DNA of 63,924 bases, the filler included, from Lenisia limosa (taxonomy: Eukaryota; Protista; Breviatea), in the NCBI GenBank assembly GCA_001655205.1. It is 15 parts of 15 records of this genome, joined end to end, with 100 filler letters (N's around TTAATTAATTAA, not from the genome) between each part and the next. Parts side by side here need not be neighbours in the genome. Positions count along the whole stretch, not along the records: positions 29,945 to 38,679 come from LPNZ01008829.1; positions 38,780 to 48,311 come from LPNZ01000210.1; positions 48,412 to 49,746 come from LPNZ01006094.1; positions 49,847 to 56,697 come from LPNZ01002408.1; 11 more parts are not named here. One strand, written 5' to 3'. The translations under genes and the position numbers were made by a program. The notes beneath the pieces are model-generated. The model was given only the letters and a program-made list of their open reading frames with translations. It searched no databases and was not told where the DNA came from. This document shows positions 38,501 to 51,285 of the stretch, piece after piece (the stretch's first letter is position 1; each line of letters begins with the position of its first letter).

Positions 38501-38812
38501 TACATTTTTGATTAAAAACCTCCACGTATTATATCTCTTTTAATGGTACTAGAGTATCATCATATGATATGTATTGATATCATAACACATTATATACTGG
38601 GGAGGCACGCAGAAAGCTGTGTGTACAGATTTGTAACAAATAATTGGGTGAACTAGTATTATACTATAATCCACTATCTNNNNNNNNNNNNNNNNNNNNN
38701 NNNNNNNNNNNNNNNNNNNNNNNTTAATTAATTAANNNNNNNNNNNNNNNNNNNNNNNNNNNNNNNNNNNNNNNNNNNNTTAGTTTAGGACCGTTATTAA
38801 AAGTTTAATAAT

Positions 38813-39282
38813 AAATGCGACATACAGCAAATAGTTGGAAGGCCTGTCTGTCTTTCACCTTCAGTCCGTCACACAGTGATGCAACAACACCTCCAGCGAG
38901 AGCGTCATAGTTGACTTTCACTAGACAATTACACCCCTTCTTTACAACTAACACAATCACAGTTAATATCTACAAATAACACTCATTATTTGGATAGGAA
39001 GGCAAAAAAACACAACACCCAACCAACATCTGTGGTCCGTTTTTCCTTTGGTGTCATACACTGCAACACGTATATCGAACTTTTTGGCCATACGAGTGCT
39101 GCCTTTTTTCTTTCCCTTCTTTTCACCTTGAGGAGCAGCATTTTTATCCTTTGATTTCTCCCCTTTGTCTTTTTTTTCACCTTTATCCTTCTTTTTTTCA
39201 CCTTTATCGTTTTTCTCTCCCTTGTTCTTCTTCTTTTTAACTTCTTCGCCCTAAAATATCAGTAACCGAGACAACAAACCAT
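38813..39282 (-). CDS. 5' part of a protein with a Lys-rich GEK-repeat N-terminus followed by a ubiquitin-like FERM-F1/RA-type domain
   Basis: M|GEEVKKKKNKGEKNDKGEKKKDKGEKKDKGEK...KFDIRVAVYDTKGKTDHR|xKVNYDALAGGVVASLCDGLKVKDRQAFQLFAV. The domain call is by hydrophobic pattern only. The start requires a 29-nt intron after ATG. Confidence 0.55.
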
Positions 39283-39601
39283 GATGAAGCAGTTCACTAA
39301 TTTAACACAACAATTAACACTTTCCAAAAAACATAATCAATCAAATAGATTAGACGTTGTTTTTCCGTTATTACCCTATCCTCCAGAAATGCGAAAGCTG
39401 GGCAAAAAATGAAAAAAAAATGAAATATTAATACGCGCGTCACGTATACGTGCTGTAATTAAAATTTTGAAAATTTTTGAAAAAAAGTAACCCAACCAGT
39501 GGGAAGAGAATCAGAGGTGTATAAATAAAGTCAGAAAGTTGAGGTGTAAATTAGTTGTTCACTTGCTGCTTTTGCGTTTTTGTTCACCAAATTGAGGCAC
39601 A
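39283..39601. promoter_or_regulatory. Likely bidirectional promoter (FERM/RA-like gene and U1-70K)
   Basis: About 320 bp between divergent starts; CpG-rich core ACGCGCGTCACGT. Confidence 0.55.
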
Positions 39602-40743
39602 ATGTCTCGCCTACCAGCAGCTCTTTTGGAGATGTTTATCCCCAGGCCTCCAATGAAGATGATCATTCCCCCAAAAATGAAGAAGAAAACAGAATTGGAC
39701 GGTATTGCCGCCTTTATGAGTGCATTTGACCCCAATCCTCCTAAGGTTTGTTGCATTTTGCTTGTATGATAATTGTTCATCTAGGTTACGCCAAAGCCAA
39801 ACAAGAAAAAAATCAAAGCTGAGGCTATTGCTGCTAAGCTTGCTAGTCACAAGAAGGAGACTGAGGAGAATATTGAAAAATGTAAGAAACTCAGATTCCC
39901 TTTCCTGTTAAGCTTTCTTGCCCTATTCATACCTTTTTTAGGGAAGCCAAGTGAAGATATCAACATTGATGGAGACATATTTAAGACTATCCTTGTTGCT
40001 CGCTTGGTATGCTTGAGATCATGTTGATATTGTTGTTTTTGCCTTCTCTTCTCCTCTTCTCCTCTTCTCTTTTGATTTTTTCAATGAATTATAATTCACA
40101 TGATCATACTGAATCTGTTTAATTTTCCTCTAGTCACACAATGTTGATGAGGCAAGACTTCGAAGAGAAATGGAACAATTTGGTCCTGTTGCGAGTGCAA
40201 GAGTTGTTTATGATAAGGACGCAAAGCCTCGCGGTTATGCGTTTGTTGAGTTTGAGCATGAACGTCATATGAAAGATGCCTTCCGACGTGGAGATGGCCG
40301 TAAGATTGATGGGCGTCGAGTGCTGATCGATGTCGTGAGGGCAGGAACTGTCAACGGGTGGCTCCCTCGTCGTCTCGGTGGCGGTCTTGGAGGTAAGCTC
40401 GCTACCGTAACAGTCTCTTGGAAATAGTTTTATTGTTTTAGGGACAAGAAATGGTGGCAAAGACGTGAATGTTCGCTACTCAGGAAGGTCGGATGGTTCC
40501 TCTCTTTTTTCATGCAGCTCTTTTCAATTCTCATCCCATAGAGCTCCTCCTCAGCCAACTGGTGACCGAAGCCGTGACTATTCGTCCAGCCGCACCAGCC
40601 GCGATTATTCCCGTGATGATAGGCGTGATAGCAGAAGAGATGACAGACGTGAAGAGAGATCCCGAGACTACCGTCGTGATGACAGATATGAGAGAAGGGA
40701 GGATCGTGGAGACCGTGGAGACCGTCGTCGTGACCGTTATTAG
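39602..40743 (+). CDS. SNRNP70: U1 snRNP 70 kDa protein, 6 coding exons
   Basis: MSRLPAALLEMFIPRPP N-terminus; RRM with [57 protein letters not shown]/RS-rich tail. Confidence 0.96.
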
Positions 40744-40862
40744 TTTGTTCTACTTCTTTCTTTTCAAATATAGGTTTTTTTTATATTTGAAACCTGAGGT
40801 AAGTAAGTCCAATTACTCCATTGACAATGTAACCACTGGTTAACTGTATTGTGGCATGTGAT

Positions 40863-43014
40863 TTAATAGTGGTCGTAGCGACTTCTGCGTTCACGAGATC
40901 TTGATCTTGATCTGTACCCTCTGCGATCATGGTCTCTTCTTGGTGATCTGAGATGGTGATATGATTTGTCCATAGGATTCAGAGGTTTCATGATTAGTTG
41001 TGCCTCCTACCTTCTTGAACGGTCATTTCTTGATGGAGATCTGAATTGTAAAAGGCCTTTTTTGGATGTGTTTACTATTAGATAGATTTATTGTAAGGTG
41101 AAGGAGGGGAGAGAGAACTCGCCAAGGAGGGATGTTATTTGTCATCTCAGCTCCAATCGTCTCACCTTCGCCCCCTTGAGTTTGGAGGAGACCGAGATCT
41201 AGAAATGATAAAGATATGTCAAAAGTGAAACCCGTTACTCATTATCATAAGAAAATTAACACCCCCAACTACCTTGCCGAGTACCTGGAAGGAGAAGGAG
41301 ACTTTCTTCTAAGATGGTCATTTACGAGCGAGCCATGATTTTTCAAGAAAAAAAAAAAATCTCAAAATAAACCATTTCTTTGCTATTCCACACCGTACAA
41401 CTTGGGTTTCGCTTCAGTTCGAAAAATACTGGTAAAATATCGAGGATTTATCGAGAAATTCAGTCTTTTTTCGAACCGAAGTGAAGCCCTAAGTTCTCTG
41501 TCACACCCACCAAATTGCAAAACCTTTTTCATGAGAAAAATATGAATTAACCCAAAATCAGTGTCGAAACAAATCCCAAAACCTTGATGAAACCTGAAGT
41601 TGCACCTGAAGGGTGAGTTCAAAAATAGTAGGTCTCAACATCATTCCACAACATAAAAAAGTGGAAACTTGAATACAGCTCACTTCTTGCCAGAATACGT
41701 TCCAATTCTAACCTTTGGGGAAGTTTGTCTTTTCAGTGAAGGAGAGGAGAATGGTGATAATTGTGCAGTACTTCTAAATATATAGCAATGAGAAATACAA
41801 AACAAGGTTGTATCTAGCCGAAACCGTCCACAAAATCACACTTATATATAAGAGTATATTAAGTATAATAATAATTCACCCAATCATTTGCCTTACAACT
41901 CTGTGTACACAGCTGTCTTGCGTGCCCCCTCCCCCATAGCATAACTAACCTTTCGTCTGAAATTTTGACACCTTTTGGCTCTTTAACTCTCCTACGAACA
42001 TTACAAATTAGGGCACAGATATCATTAGTCTCGCTCAACAACAAACACCAACATACTGGTTTTCAGTTTTTAAAAGAGATTTTGGTACTGGGTCGGTGTC
42101 AGTGTCATCCTCACTGTCATCTTCTTCTGATAATATTCCAAGATCTCTTTGCATTTTTAATTGCTTCTTCAGCTCTTTCTTAGTTGCTTTATTGAGCTTT
42201 TTCTCTGCTTTCCTCTGCTTCTTTTCTTCTTTCTTGACCTTTTTCTCTAATTTTTCGGCCTTCTTTTTGGCCTTATCTACAATTTCCTGGAATATTAGTG
42301 AGATTCTATCAACCTTACTTCTTCATGCTGCCAAGACGTCTTGCTTTTCTGGGTTCTCAAGCTTCCACTCTGGTACTTACGAACACCAATCTGATTGTAT
42401 AACACTAAATAGAAACCTACAGAAGCATCCGTTTTCCAAGTCATTGCATTTGGTCCTTTAGCCTCCAGGATTTTGTTGCCATCTTCGTCCCTCTCACCAG
42501 TATCCTTTGGGAATTAATAAATTAAGAATATTGATAAAAAACAGAAAACTGAGTATTCCCACTTTTTTATTCTGAGCGTAGTCACAATGGTCAACACAGA
42601 GAGTTTTGTCCAAAAGAACAGCACCGCAGAAGTTATCAATTGCCAAGTCAGTACTACGCTGATCTTCATAACCTTTTCAAAGAGTTAACATTGAAGTCAA
42701 CCTTACCAATGAAAGCGAATCCTTTGGATTTGCCTGTGTCTTTATCCCTTACCAAATTGCAATCAAATATTTCTCCAACCTAAATATAAACCTTTACAAC
42801 ACTTCAACCTCAAACCTGTGAGAAAATGCAGATCACATCACCCTCAGTCAGGCGACTGTCAAGTCCACCCGCATAAATATATGCAGAGTCACGATAACTA
42901 GCATGCCACGACCCAGGCTACAAGAATAAAAATAACAGATTTACTCACCGTTCCAACAAGACCAAGTTCTGTCTCCCTCTTATTAATCTTAGTTATGGAA
43001 GCAATTTTATCCAT
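40863..43014 (-). CDS. RBMX2: RBMX2/Ist3/Snu17 RES-complex RRM protein with a Lys-rich and RS-rich tail
   Basis: [95 protein letters not shown]...TLCVDH. Confidence 0.95.
41404..41489. mobile_element. MITE family D copy in an RBMX2 intron
   Basis: Right TIR TTCGAACCGAAGTGAAGCCC|TA intact. Confidence 0.85.
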
Positions 43015-43313
43015 CTTGTATTAATCTAAATCTTATCCCAGTTTCGGGGAAGGAAGAAATGAATGTTGTTTAACAACTTACTTATTGGTTGTGTTTTTTC
43101 AAGAAGTTTATTTATTTATTTATAGATTTATATAGACAATAGAGCAAGGCAGGTAGGAAAAGGTTGGGAAAAGGCAAGCAAGCGCAAAAATGGCAAAAAA
43201 GAAGTTGTTAACGTCGCGTCAACGCCAAGTATAAAAGTATGAATTTCTTTGTGTTTCTCTTGCTTGTCTCATCCAATTCTCATCGGCATTGATAGATAAT
43301 TAAATAAAAAAAA
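43015..43313. promoter_or_regulatory. Likely bidirectional promoter (RBMX2 and NDC80)
   Basis: About 300 bp between divergent ATGs; contains CGCGTCA and TATAAAA. Confidence 0.6.
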
Positions 43314-46006
43314 ATGCTTGGTCGAAGGTCGTCTGGAGTAGGATCCAATGAGAATAATTATAATGCGAGGACTTCTCTTGGTCCAGCTCGTATTCAGAAG
43401 AACAGCGAAGCTCCTAAACGTAGACAGTCTTCTTTTAATGGAATGAGAATGTCTACAGGCTTTGGAAGGTCTGAAATCACTCTAATTTCTTCTTTGTGAA
43501 AATTTGGTGAATCATCTTTTACAATTTAGGCGGAGTAGTGCCTATGGAAGACCAGGATTTAGCAAAAGAACAGATCCACGTCCAATTTCAGATCCTCAAT
43601 ACATGAAAGAATGTGTCCGTTACATTGTCCGTTTTTTGAATACTCGTGGTATGGGGTCTTCTTAGCCTTTATGAACTTACTTTTAGGATTTAATGAATTT
43701 GAAGTGAGTACAAAGTCTCTCTACAATTCCCCTCTCCGTGCCCATTTCTTGGCAATTCTTCAGTTCCTCTACCGCCACATCGACCCTCAGTTTAAGTTCA
43801 CCGCAAATATTCAAGAAGAGGTTGGTGTTTATTTACTCTAGCTTTTGACACATAAGGTACCAATGCTTTTCCGCAGACTTCGTTACCCATACACGATCAA
43901 CAAAAGTGCACTCCAAACGATTGGTGCGCAACATACTTGGCCTCATCTCTTGGCTGCGCTTAACTGGCTTGTTGAGCTTATCTGTGTAAGCTTTTAAGAT
44001 TAGAGTTTCCAGTTCACAGTGTTCACTATTTAGGTTGCTGAGAACACGGAGAGAGACGGTCTTCAGAATGGACAAACAGACGAGTCTTCATCTGTGTTTT
44101 TCTCTTACCTCACAAAAGCCTATGATGCGTTCCTTGGAGGACAGGATGAATTTGATCATCTCGATGGAGATCTTGCAGCTTCTTTCGGTTAGTATTGTCC
44201 AAAGTACTTAACATAACATGTATATCAATTTGAACTTCTATTTTTTCTCAACTGTCAATAATGCAATTATAGAGTCCAAAAATAGTGCGTTGGAGGCAGA
44301 AATTGCGCGCATGGATTCAGAGACAAATACCATAATGGAGGAGTATATTGCTCTGGAGCGCACAATGGTAGGGGGCGATGATAAATGAATCTATTTTTGT
44401 TTAACTTTGTGATGTATTATGCGTTTACCATTTAGCCTTCACCTGACACCCTGGAAAGCCGAAAGAAAGATTATGAGAGTGATGTATCTAAGTTCCAAAC
44501 TCTGATCGCTCAACTTGATACACATAAAGCTGGTACGCCATTATCACCGTTTTGTTTCATATTATTTTTCAGCATTAAACCGTAAGACTCTTGAAATGAA
44601 AGCTGACCTTGCCCAAAAGAATACGAATCTGAGTGAGGCTATCGCCAGAAAGGTGAGATACAATAGGAGAACCATCTCTATTGAATTGTATTAAATCCGT
44701 TCAGGAATCTCTGGAGAAACAGGTCTCTTCACAGGAAATTTCTGCCATTGATGTTGAAAGAATGATGCAAGAAAAATCTCAGGTAATTTCATAGTGACTT
44801 TTTCATCATCTTTAGCTTTCTGAGATTTATACTGGTCTGAATAGCCATAAGGAAACCCTTGATAAGGTCTGTGAAACTCAACTTTCACATCATTCTCTTT
44901 ACCCTTCACCTGCATTTCTAAAATAGGATTTTCTCATCTTGTAATTTTTAACAGAAACTCTGGGAAAAGGATTTGGCGTACCAACGTATTCAAGACACAA
45001 TTGAGTCCAAGCTTGGAACCTATGCAAACCTTCTTGCCAGAACAAAGGTATTTTTTTTGACTTCTATTTTATTCTCCAGTTGGCCGACTCCAAAATGGAA
45101 ATTGAGATTTCTCCTGAGAACCCAGTTGAAACCGTTTGTTTTCTTAAAATTCATCATCGTCCAGATGTCAAATGTTAACATTATGAGTGAAATCTATCCT
45201 CAAATTGAAGCCGCCCATGAGGCTGCTCGTCAAGCCTTCCACCAGGCCCAGGCCGAAATTCTTGTCGGACGTGAGAAATATGATCAGGCTGACGAGAAAA
45301 GAGCTGACGCTGAGGAGTCCGTCTCACGCCTCGAGTTAACCGTTCGCCGCCTCCAGTCACAGTACAAGGACGACAAGGAAGCAAGTATCAAAATGGTTGG
45401 CACGCTAAGGATTCGTTTTAATCTGTAGTTACGAGAAGTACAGTCAAAAACAGAGGACTATGAGAGTCAAGAAGCCAGTTTGAAGAGGTATGTTGCGAGT
45501 CTATCATTCCATTTGAGTAACCTGTTTCAGAGAGGGAACAACCATCATCCACGATAGCGACCGTCAATTGGCCCTCAAAAACCAGGAACTTGAAGAACTC
45601 ACCCAACTACATCAGAATGTGGGTAATATAGCACACACAGCTTTGCGTTCTCTGGCAACCGAAGCTGACGTTTTAGGAATGTCACGACCTTCGAGCCGAA
45701 GTCAGTATGGCAGTTCAAATCCTTCGGAACCATAAGAAACGCTGTATCACAGTAGGAACCAGAGCATTCAAGATTTACATTCAGGTTCTCTCTTCGGCGA
45801 CCCTTGATGTTGACAAGGCGGTGATTGAAGGCAGATCAAAAAGGGAAGCAGCTCCTTGTTTTAAACCCCGCCGCAATCACCCTGGAGGTAGTAAAAAGGT
45901 GTTTTGTCTGACTTCTTCTCTAGAATCACCACAGTTCCCCCCTGCCCTTGACCCCTCTTCTCTCCGTGCAGCCACCATGCCACTTACTACTGACGATCTT
46001 TTTTAG
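43314..46006 (+). CDS. NDC80: Kinetochore protein NDC80/HEC1
   Basis: TDPRPISDPQYMKECV; FLAILQFLYRHIDPQFKF; VPMLFRRLRYPYTINKSALQTIGAQHTWPHLLAALNWLVEL; long coiled coil. The exact 3' end is inferred. Confidence 0.95.
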
Positions 46007-46525
46007 ACTCCTTTTTTCTTATTATTATTTAGTTTTGCACCCAATGATGATCATATTAACATAGCATAAGAGAGCGTTTTTGCACACGTACGTACGGGTT
46101 GGAAGAAGAAATTGGCTGACAGGTTAACGGTTATGTTAATTAGACAATTGTTAGACAATTAGGTCATCAGGTCAAATTATAGAATGTTAGACTCTTCTGG
46201 TGGTTAGACGGTTCAACGGTTAGACTGGTAATCTGGTAATAATCATCACAGCCCGCCCGGACCCGTGGGCATTCCCGTGGCCCGGGCTACCCTTCCCTAA
46301 AAAAGGCAAAAGTAACACGGGCCGGATTGACCCAGAGCTGCTGGGAACCTGGGCGGGGAGATCTGCTGGATCTGCAACCGTGCTTTTCTTTCTTGCTCCC
46401 TTTTCCTTGGCTCTCAGTTGGCTCTTCCCCGATCAGATATTGATTAGCAGACAAAGTGGATAGTATACATTATTATATTGGGTTTCCAGCAGTAAAAACT
46501 TGGAGTTTCTATTGATTCAGTCGCC

Positions 46526-48114
46526 ATGGGATGTGATGGTAGGCTGTTGCTTTACTCTTTCACTTTTGAGGCGGAACAATCCCTCGTCGAAGCGAAGTTG
46601 TGTATGTTGAACAGAAAAAAGAGACAGTTGACAAACGTAGCCAAGTGTACGTTCACTCATATCATTCATTAATCTTGCTCATCTTTTCAGACAAGCTCGC
46701 TTAACCTATTGTCAAATCAGCAAAACACCACTTCGGTCTCCTGTAGTTGTTGATCCTTTGGGTATGTTTGTGATCCAACTTTGTGTGAAGCCAACCTCTT
46801 CAAGTCTCACAATGTAGGAGGACTTTTTAACAAAGTCGACATTTTATCTGCTCTCGCAAAGAAGGAGTTGCCAAAAAACGTAAGGCTTGTTTTTTTCAAA
46901 AAGAAAAACATTCATATAACCATTTCCTCCTTCAATTAACTATTTCAGCTCAGTCACATCAAAAGCCTGAAAGTACGTTGCGGTGACTAATTTCTCTGAC
47001 CAGTAACCTCTTATATTTTCAGGATCTTGTCACGGTTGCTCCTCCCTCAAACCCCTCATACAAAGCCGAAAATGAGGGAAATGAAGAGCTCTGGATTTGC
47101 CCGATCACTCATATTCCTTGTAATAACAAGCACAAGTGGGTTCATGACGAAACGCTACTTTGCAGCCGTTCCTCATACTGTAGATTTGTTGTTCTGCGCC
47201 CTTGTGGATGTGTCTTAAGTCTGAAAGCTACTAAAGAGGTATGCTCAATTCAAGTTTTGATAACATACAACCAAAGTTAGTTTTACTGGTAAATGAATAA
47301 GGCATAGAGATAGTACATTCTTACCCCCTCAGATGGCTCATGATAGATGCATGGTCTGTGAGGCCGAGCTTGACAAAGGTGAGAGAAAGTTTTTTTGTGT
47401 CTTGATGTCGCTATGAATCAGTTTTATACTGTAGCTGACCCATTGATTCACCTTGACCCTACCGCCGAACAAGCTGCCTCTGCATTGAAACACCTCCATC
47501 AGCGGCAGGCCGCACTCAAGGTTTGATGGCGGTTTGGATCTTAATAAGCAAAATTTATCAATTATCGTTTAATAGCATTCACTCGCTGATATTTAAGGCT
47601 GAAAAGAAACGACTGAAAAGCCTGAAGCCCAAGGAAGAGAAAGAGAAGAAAAAGACTTCACCAAGTGAGTCCCGTTCTAATAAGACTATAATATGAACTT
47701 TGTTTCACGCAGATTTCCATTACATTAGGACATTGTCTTTCAATAAGAAAATAATGCATCTTGTCCTTCATTTGGCTCTCTTGTCACAGTATATACATGT
47801 GATATAAATATGAAATGCTACAACCCAGGCTTTTCTTTTATTTCATTTAAATTCCACATTATTTTACTTTTTCAGAGAAGATTGAGCAGGCCAAGTTGAA
47901 GGTTTGTCTGTATGATCATATTATAATCTTTTAGAGTTCTATTAAAGCCCCTGTGAGCAAAATGTTGATTAAAAATTCGAATAAGAAGTCAGAAGAAGCA
48001 CATATTCAAAAGCAAAAGAGCGAGGCTTATCGATCACTGTTCACCTCATCACAACCAAAAGCGCAAGAAGGCCACTTTTTGGTCAGAGCGGCGTTCAGCA
48101 GATGTACCTCTTAA
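46526..48114 (+). CDS. RTF2: Replication termination factor 2 (RING-like)
   Basis: MGCDGGTIPRRSEVV; YCQISKTPLRSPVVVDPLG; WICPITHIPCNNKHKFVVLRPCGCVLS; CMVC; Lys-rich tail with SEAYRSLF. Confidence 0.95.
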
Positions 48115-49171
48115 TTGCTGCTACTTCAAATATAACACTGACCTCCACTTGGGTTCTCTATATTCCGAATTAATATTTCTTTTATCCTGTTATTCTATGC
48201 ATCCCTTTGTGGGAACAGCGGAAAAGACATATACGAGGGGACTACGGTCCGTCAGATGGATGGCTGGATGGGCCAAAAAAAAAATATAAAAAAAAAACTC
48301 CCCCCACCCCANNNNNNNNNNNNNNNNNNNNNNNNNNNNNNNNNNNNNNNNNNNNTTAATTAATTAANNNNNNNNNNNNNNNNNNNNNNNNNNNNNNNNN
48401 NNNNNNNNNNNAAATTTAACTCATCTTAAAAAGTTCACAGCCATATTTACATTTATTAACCCATATTAGGAAAGGATTAACACATATTAGGAAGTTGCTG
48501 AAGGAAAGACCAAGGCTTCTATCACTGAAATTGATGAGTAGTTTTTGAGGTTGTAATGGTTTCTAAGTTTTATTTTACATTCATTGAGTTTATCCATTTG
48601 TTCAAAACAATGATGAATTATCCCATAACTGTAAATATTTTATGCATTCTACAAGCACAACTATGAATTTGAAATCTATGACCAATGCCGAACCTTTTAA
48701 GGACTTGTGAAAGCTTAATCGTTAAAGCGAGATGTGCTGAACTTTTTGTGATTGAGTCTTGTACAAGTTTGGTTTTTTTTTTTTTGAACAAAAAAACAGA
48801 AGAGAATAAAAGGAATGTTCTCTCGTTTTTCTTTTTTCAGAAAATTCTCACAGGTCTTCTCCATTTATGAAAAAAAAAAAGTTCATACATCTAATAAACA
48901 TGAACCAAGAGTTCACACAAAAGAGTTACATTCTCAACAAAAGCAAGTATACTAAGTACTACACCTCCACCACCATCATCGTTTTGACTCAAGGACCTAA
49001 AGTGATTAAAATAAAAAACAAAACACAATTAAATAATGTTATAATCAAAATTGTTAGACTCAACACCTGGTATAAAGCTCAAAATTGAATCTCGATTTGC
49101 TATACTCATTTCATTGATAATGACACTCTTTACTGTACTATGAGCTGTATTAACAATTAATAATATCCGTC

Positions 49172-49267
49172 AGCCTTCACTTCAGTTCGAAAAAAGACTG
49201 GATTCCTCGATAAATCTTCGAAAACTATCGATATTTTACCTGTCTTTTTCAAACCGAAATGAATCCC
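49172..49267. mobile_element. MITE family D copy (degenerate)
   Basis: GCCTTCACTTCAGTTCGAAAAA...TTTTCAAACCGAAATGAATCCC|TA. Confidence 0.8.
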
Positions 49268-51285
49268 TAAATACCCCCCTCCTCCTTAATCATACAATAT
49301 CGATATTGGCGTGATTAGCTTGCGCACGTGCCATTGCCGACGCAAAAGCCGCAGATAAATCGTCGTCTGGAGAGGAGTAAAATAGGAAATTTATGAAACA
49401 AAACAGGCCAAAACAACTCTATTGGCAAGAAACACACGAGGGCTAAAACAAAAAAAGGTGTGTGTGTGGGGGTATATAAAGGTAAATGTGATTCATTGGA
49501 AGATATAGTTGTGATTATGCGGTTATATATGATAATGTGGTATTAGTGGTCAACTGTTTATGATTACTATATGGTAATAGTGGTTATTACAATATCGTAC
49601 TACAATCATTATGGTTACATCATACATGTTTATGTTTTGTACTCAAATGTATTTATACTTTTTGAAAAATCTTCGAAAAATATCGAGTATAGTGGAAGGG
49701 TATCAATAGTTGAAAAGTAAGTGGGGGGGAGGGAGGGGGGGGGGGGNNNNNNNNNNNNNNNNNNNNNNNNNNNNNNNNNNNNNNNNNNNNTTAATTAATT
49801 AANNNNNNNNNNNNNNNNNNNNNNNNNNNNNNNNNNNNNNNNNNNNTAGTGTGGTGGAGACATACTAGCACCCGGATTGGCCATATTTTCGCCCATGACA
49901 ACGTCTCCGACTGTATGTTAAACAACGTTAATGTCTGTCAAAATTAGAACCATTTGAGATCCAATAAGAATCATATTTAACACTAAAATCGAGACCAATA
50001 ATTAGTGCTTAGTGCACTCATAAAATATAAAGGATTATCGAATATTATATGGTCTTTTTTCGGATGCTTATTATCCTAGCATCAATATTGAAAAACAACA
50101 ACAACAAAAAAAAAACGGATTGAATTTTAGATGTAGTCCAAATCTCAAAGTCTCCAACAATCCAACCGGTGTTCATTTTAATCTCCCGGAAAATTATTCC
50201 CAAATTAATCCGACAAAACCCTGTTAAAAGATCCGACGAATATAACAACAACACACAAAACCACCGCGGAGAAGAAACAAATAACAACAACACACAAAAC
50301 CACCGCGGAGACAGAAACAAAAGTTTGAGAATTTGTTAAACAGCGGCAATTCTTATGATACAATTGTAAATTATTTGGATAAATATTGAGGTAATGATGT
50401 GCAATTTACCAACATAATTGAAAACTCCCCCATTCTTCATACAAGCCGAAGCAGTCACCGACAATTAATGCGAAAAGAATGAAAAATAAGGAAAGTAACG
50501 TCATACCATTGAGGGGCAACAAAACCAAAGTTCCCATCAAAAAAACCCTCCAAGATATAATAAAACAATAATATGGAGTGCTAATAGCGAAACACGTTGG
50601 TGACACGTAAGAAAAGGTTCTGCAAAACACAATGAAGCCGAAGGTTATTGGCAAGATATGAATTTAAGAATGGGGAAGAGAAAAGATATTGGAAGCTGAA
50701 AAATGTAATAACTGGCCTATTAATGGGTCAAATTTTAGCGCAGGTGGCGATTTCTACAGAGAAACAGCGCAATGGATAGGGGATTCGGGAGGATAATAAG
50801 ATCATGGAGAATTTTTCGGTAAGTGGAAAACAATCCCATTTTGAAACAATATAACAAACAAGCATACTAAGACGGCCATAGGCGGCGGTGAAGACCAGCA
50901 GCAACAAGAGAAGTACTGATTGCTTCTTCATCTTAATACGTTTTGACTCTTTTCTCAATTAAATGACTTCATTCATTGTCATTTTAGTAATTATTAAGAG
51001 ATACACGTATATTTACAGAGAACAGGACTTGGTCAGTGCAAAAAGAATATCCAAGTTAGCTTAGACAGCATTTGCAGCTATGTCATCTAATCTGCCTTAT
51101 AATTATATAATGTATAGTTTCAAGTCGGTAAAAACCAAAATGCAAAAAGAGTAGAATACAGACCAAGGTTTCTGATTGCACCCCCATGACATTTTGGTAT
51201 TTCAGTAAATTGTTTCTAAATTTCCGTCTTTTGAAGCACTAACTCACTCCTTACAACTACATCAAAACTATTATATAATCAAAAA

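Noticed and set aside
38986-39201. Choline-transporter-like motif (KRTTDVGWVLCFF) in the listed ORF
   Set aside because: It runs across a donor into intron; another frame splices cleanly into the ubiquitin-like exon.
46240-46385. SRP RNA (CAGG...AGCAG on the minus strand)
   Set aside because: Only 5 nt separate the motifs, too few for the helix-8 stem and tetraloop; no Alu domain is visible.
50045-50958. Secreted protein gene (MKKQSVLLLLLLVFTAAYG signal-like start)
   Set aside because: The start looks plausible but no consistent downstream splice path could be built by eye.
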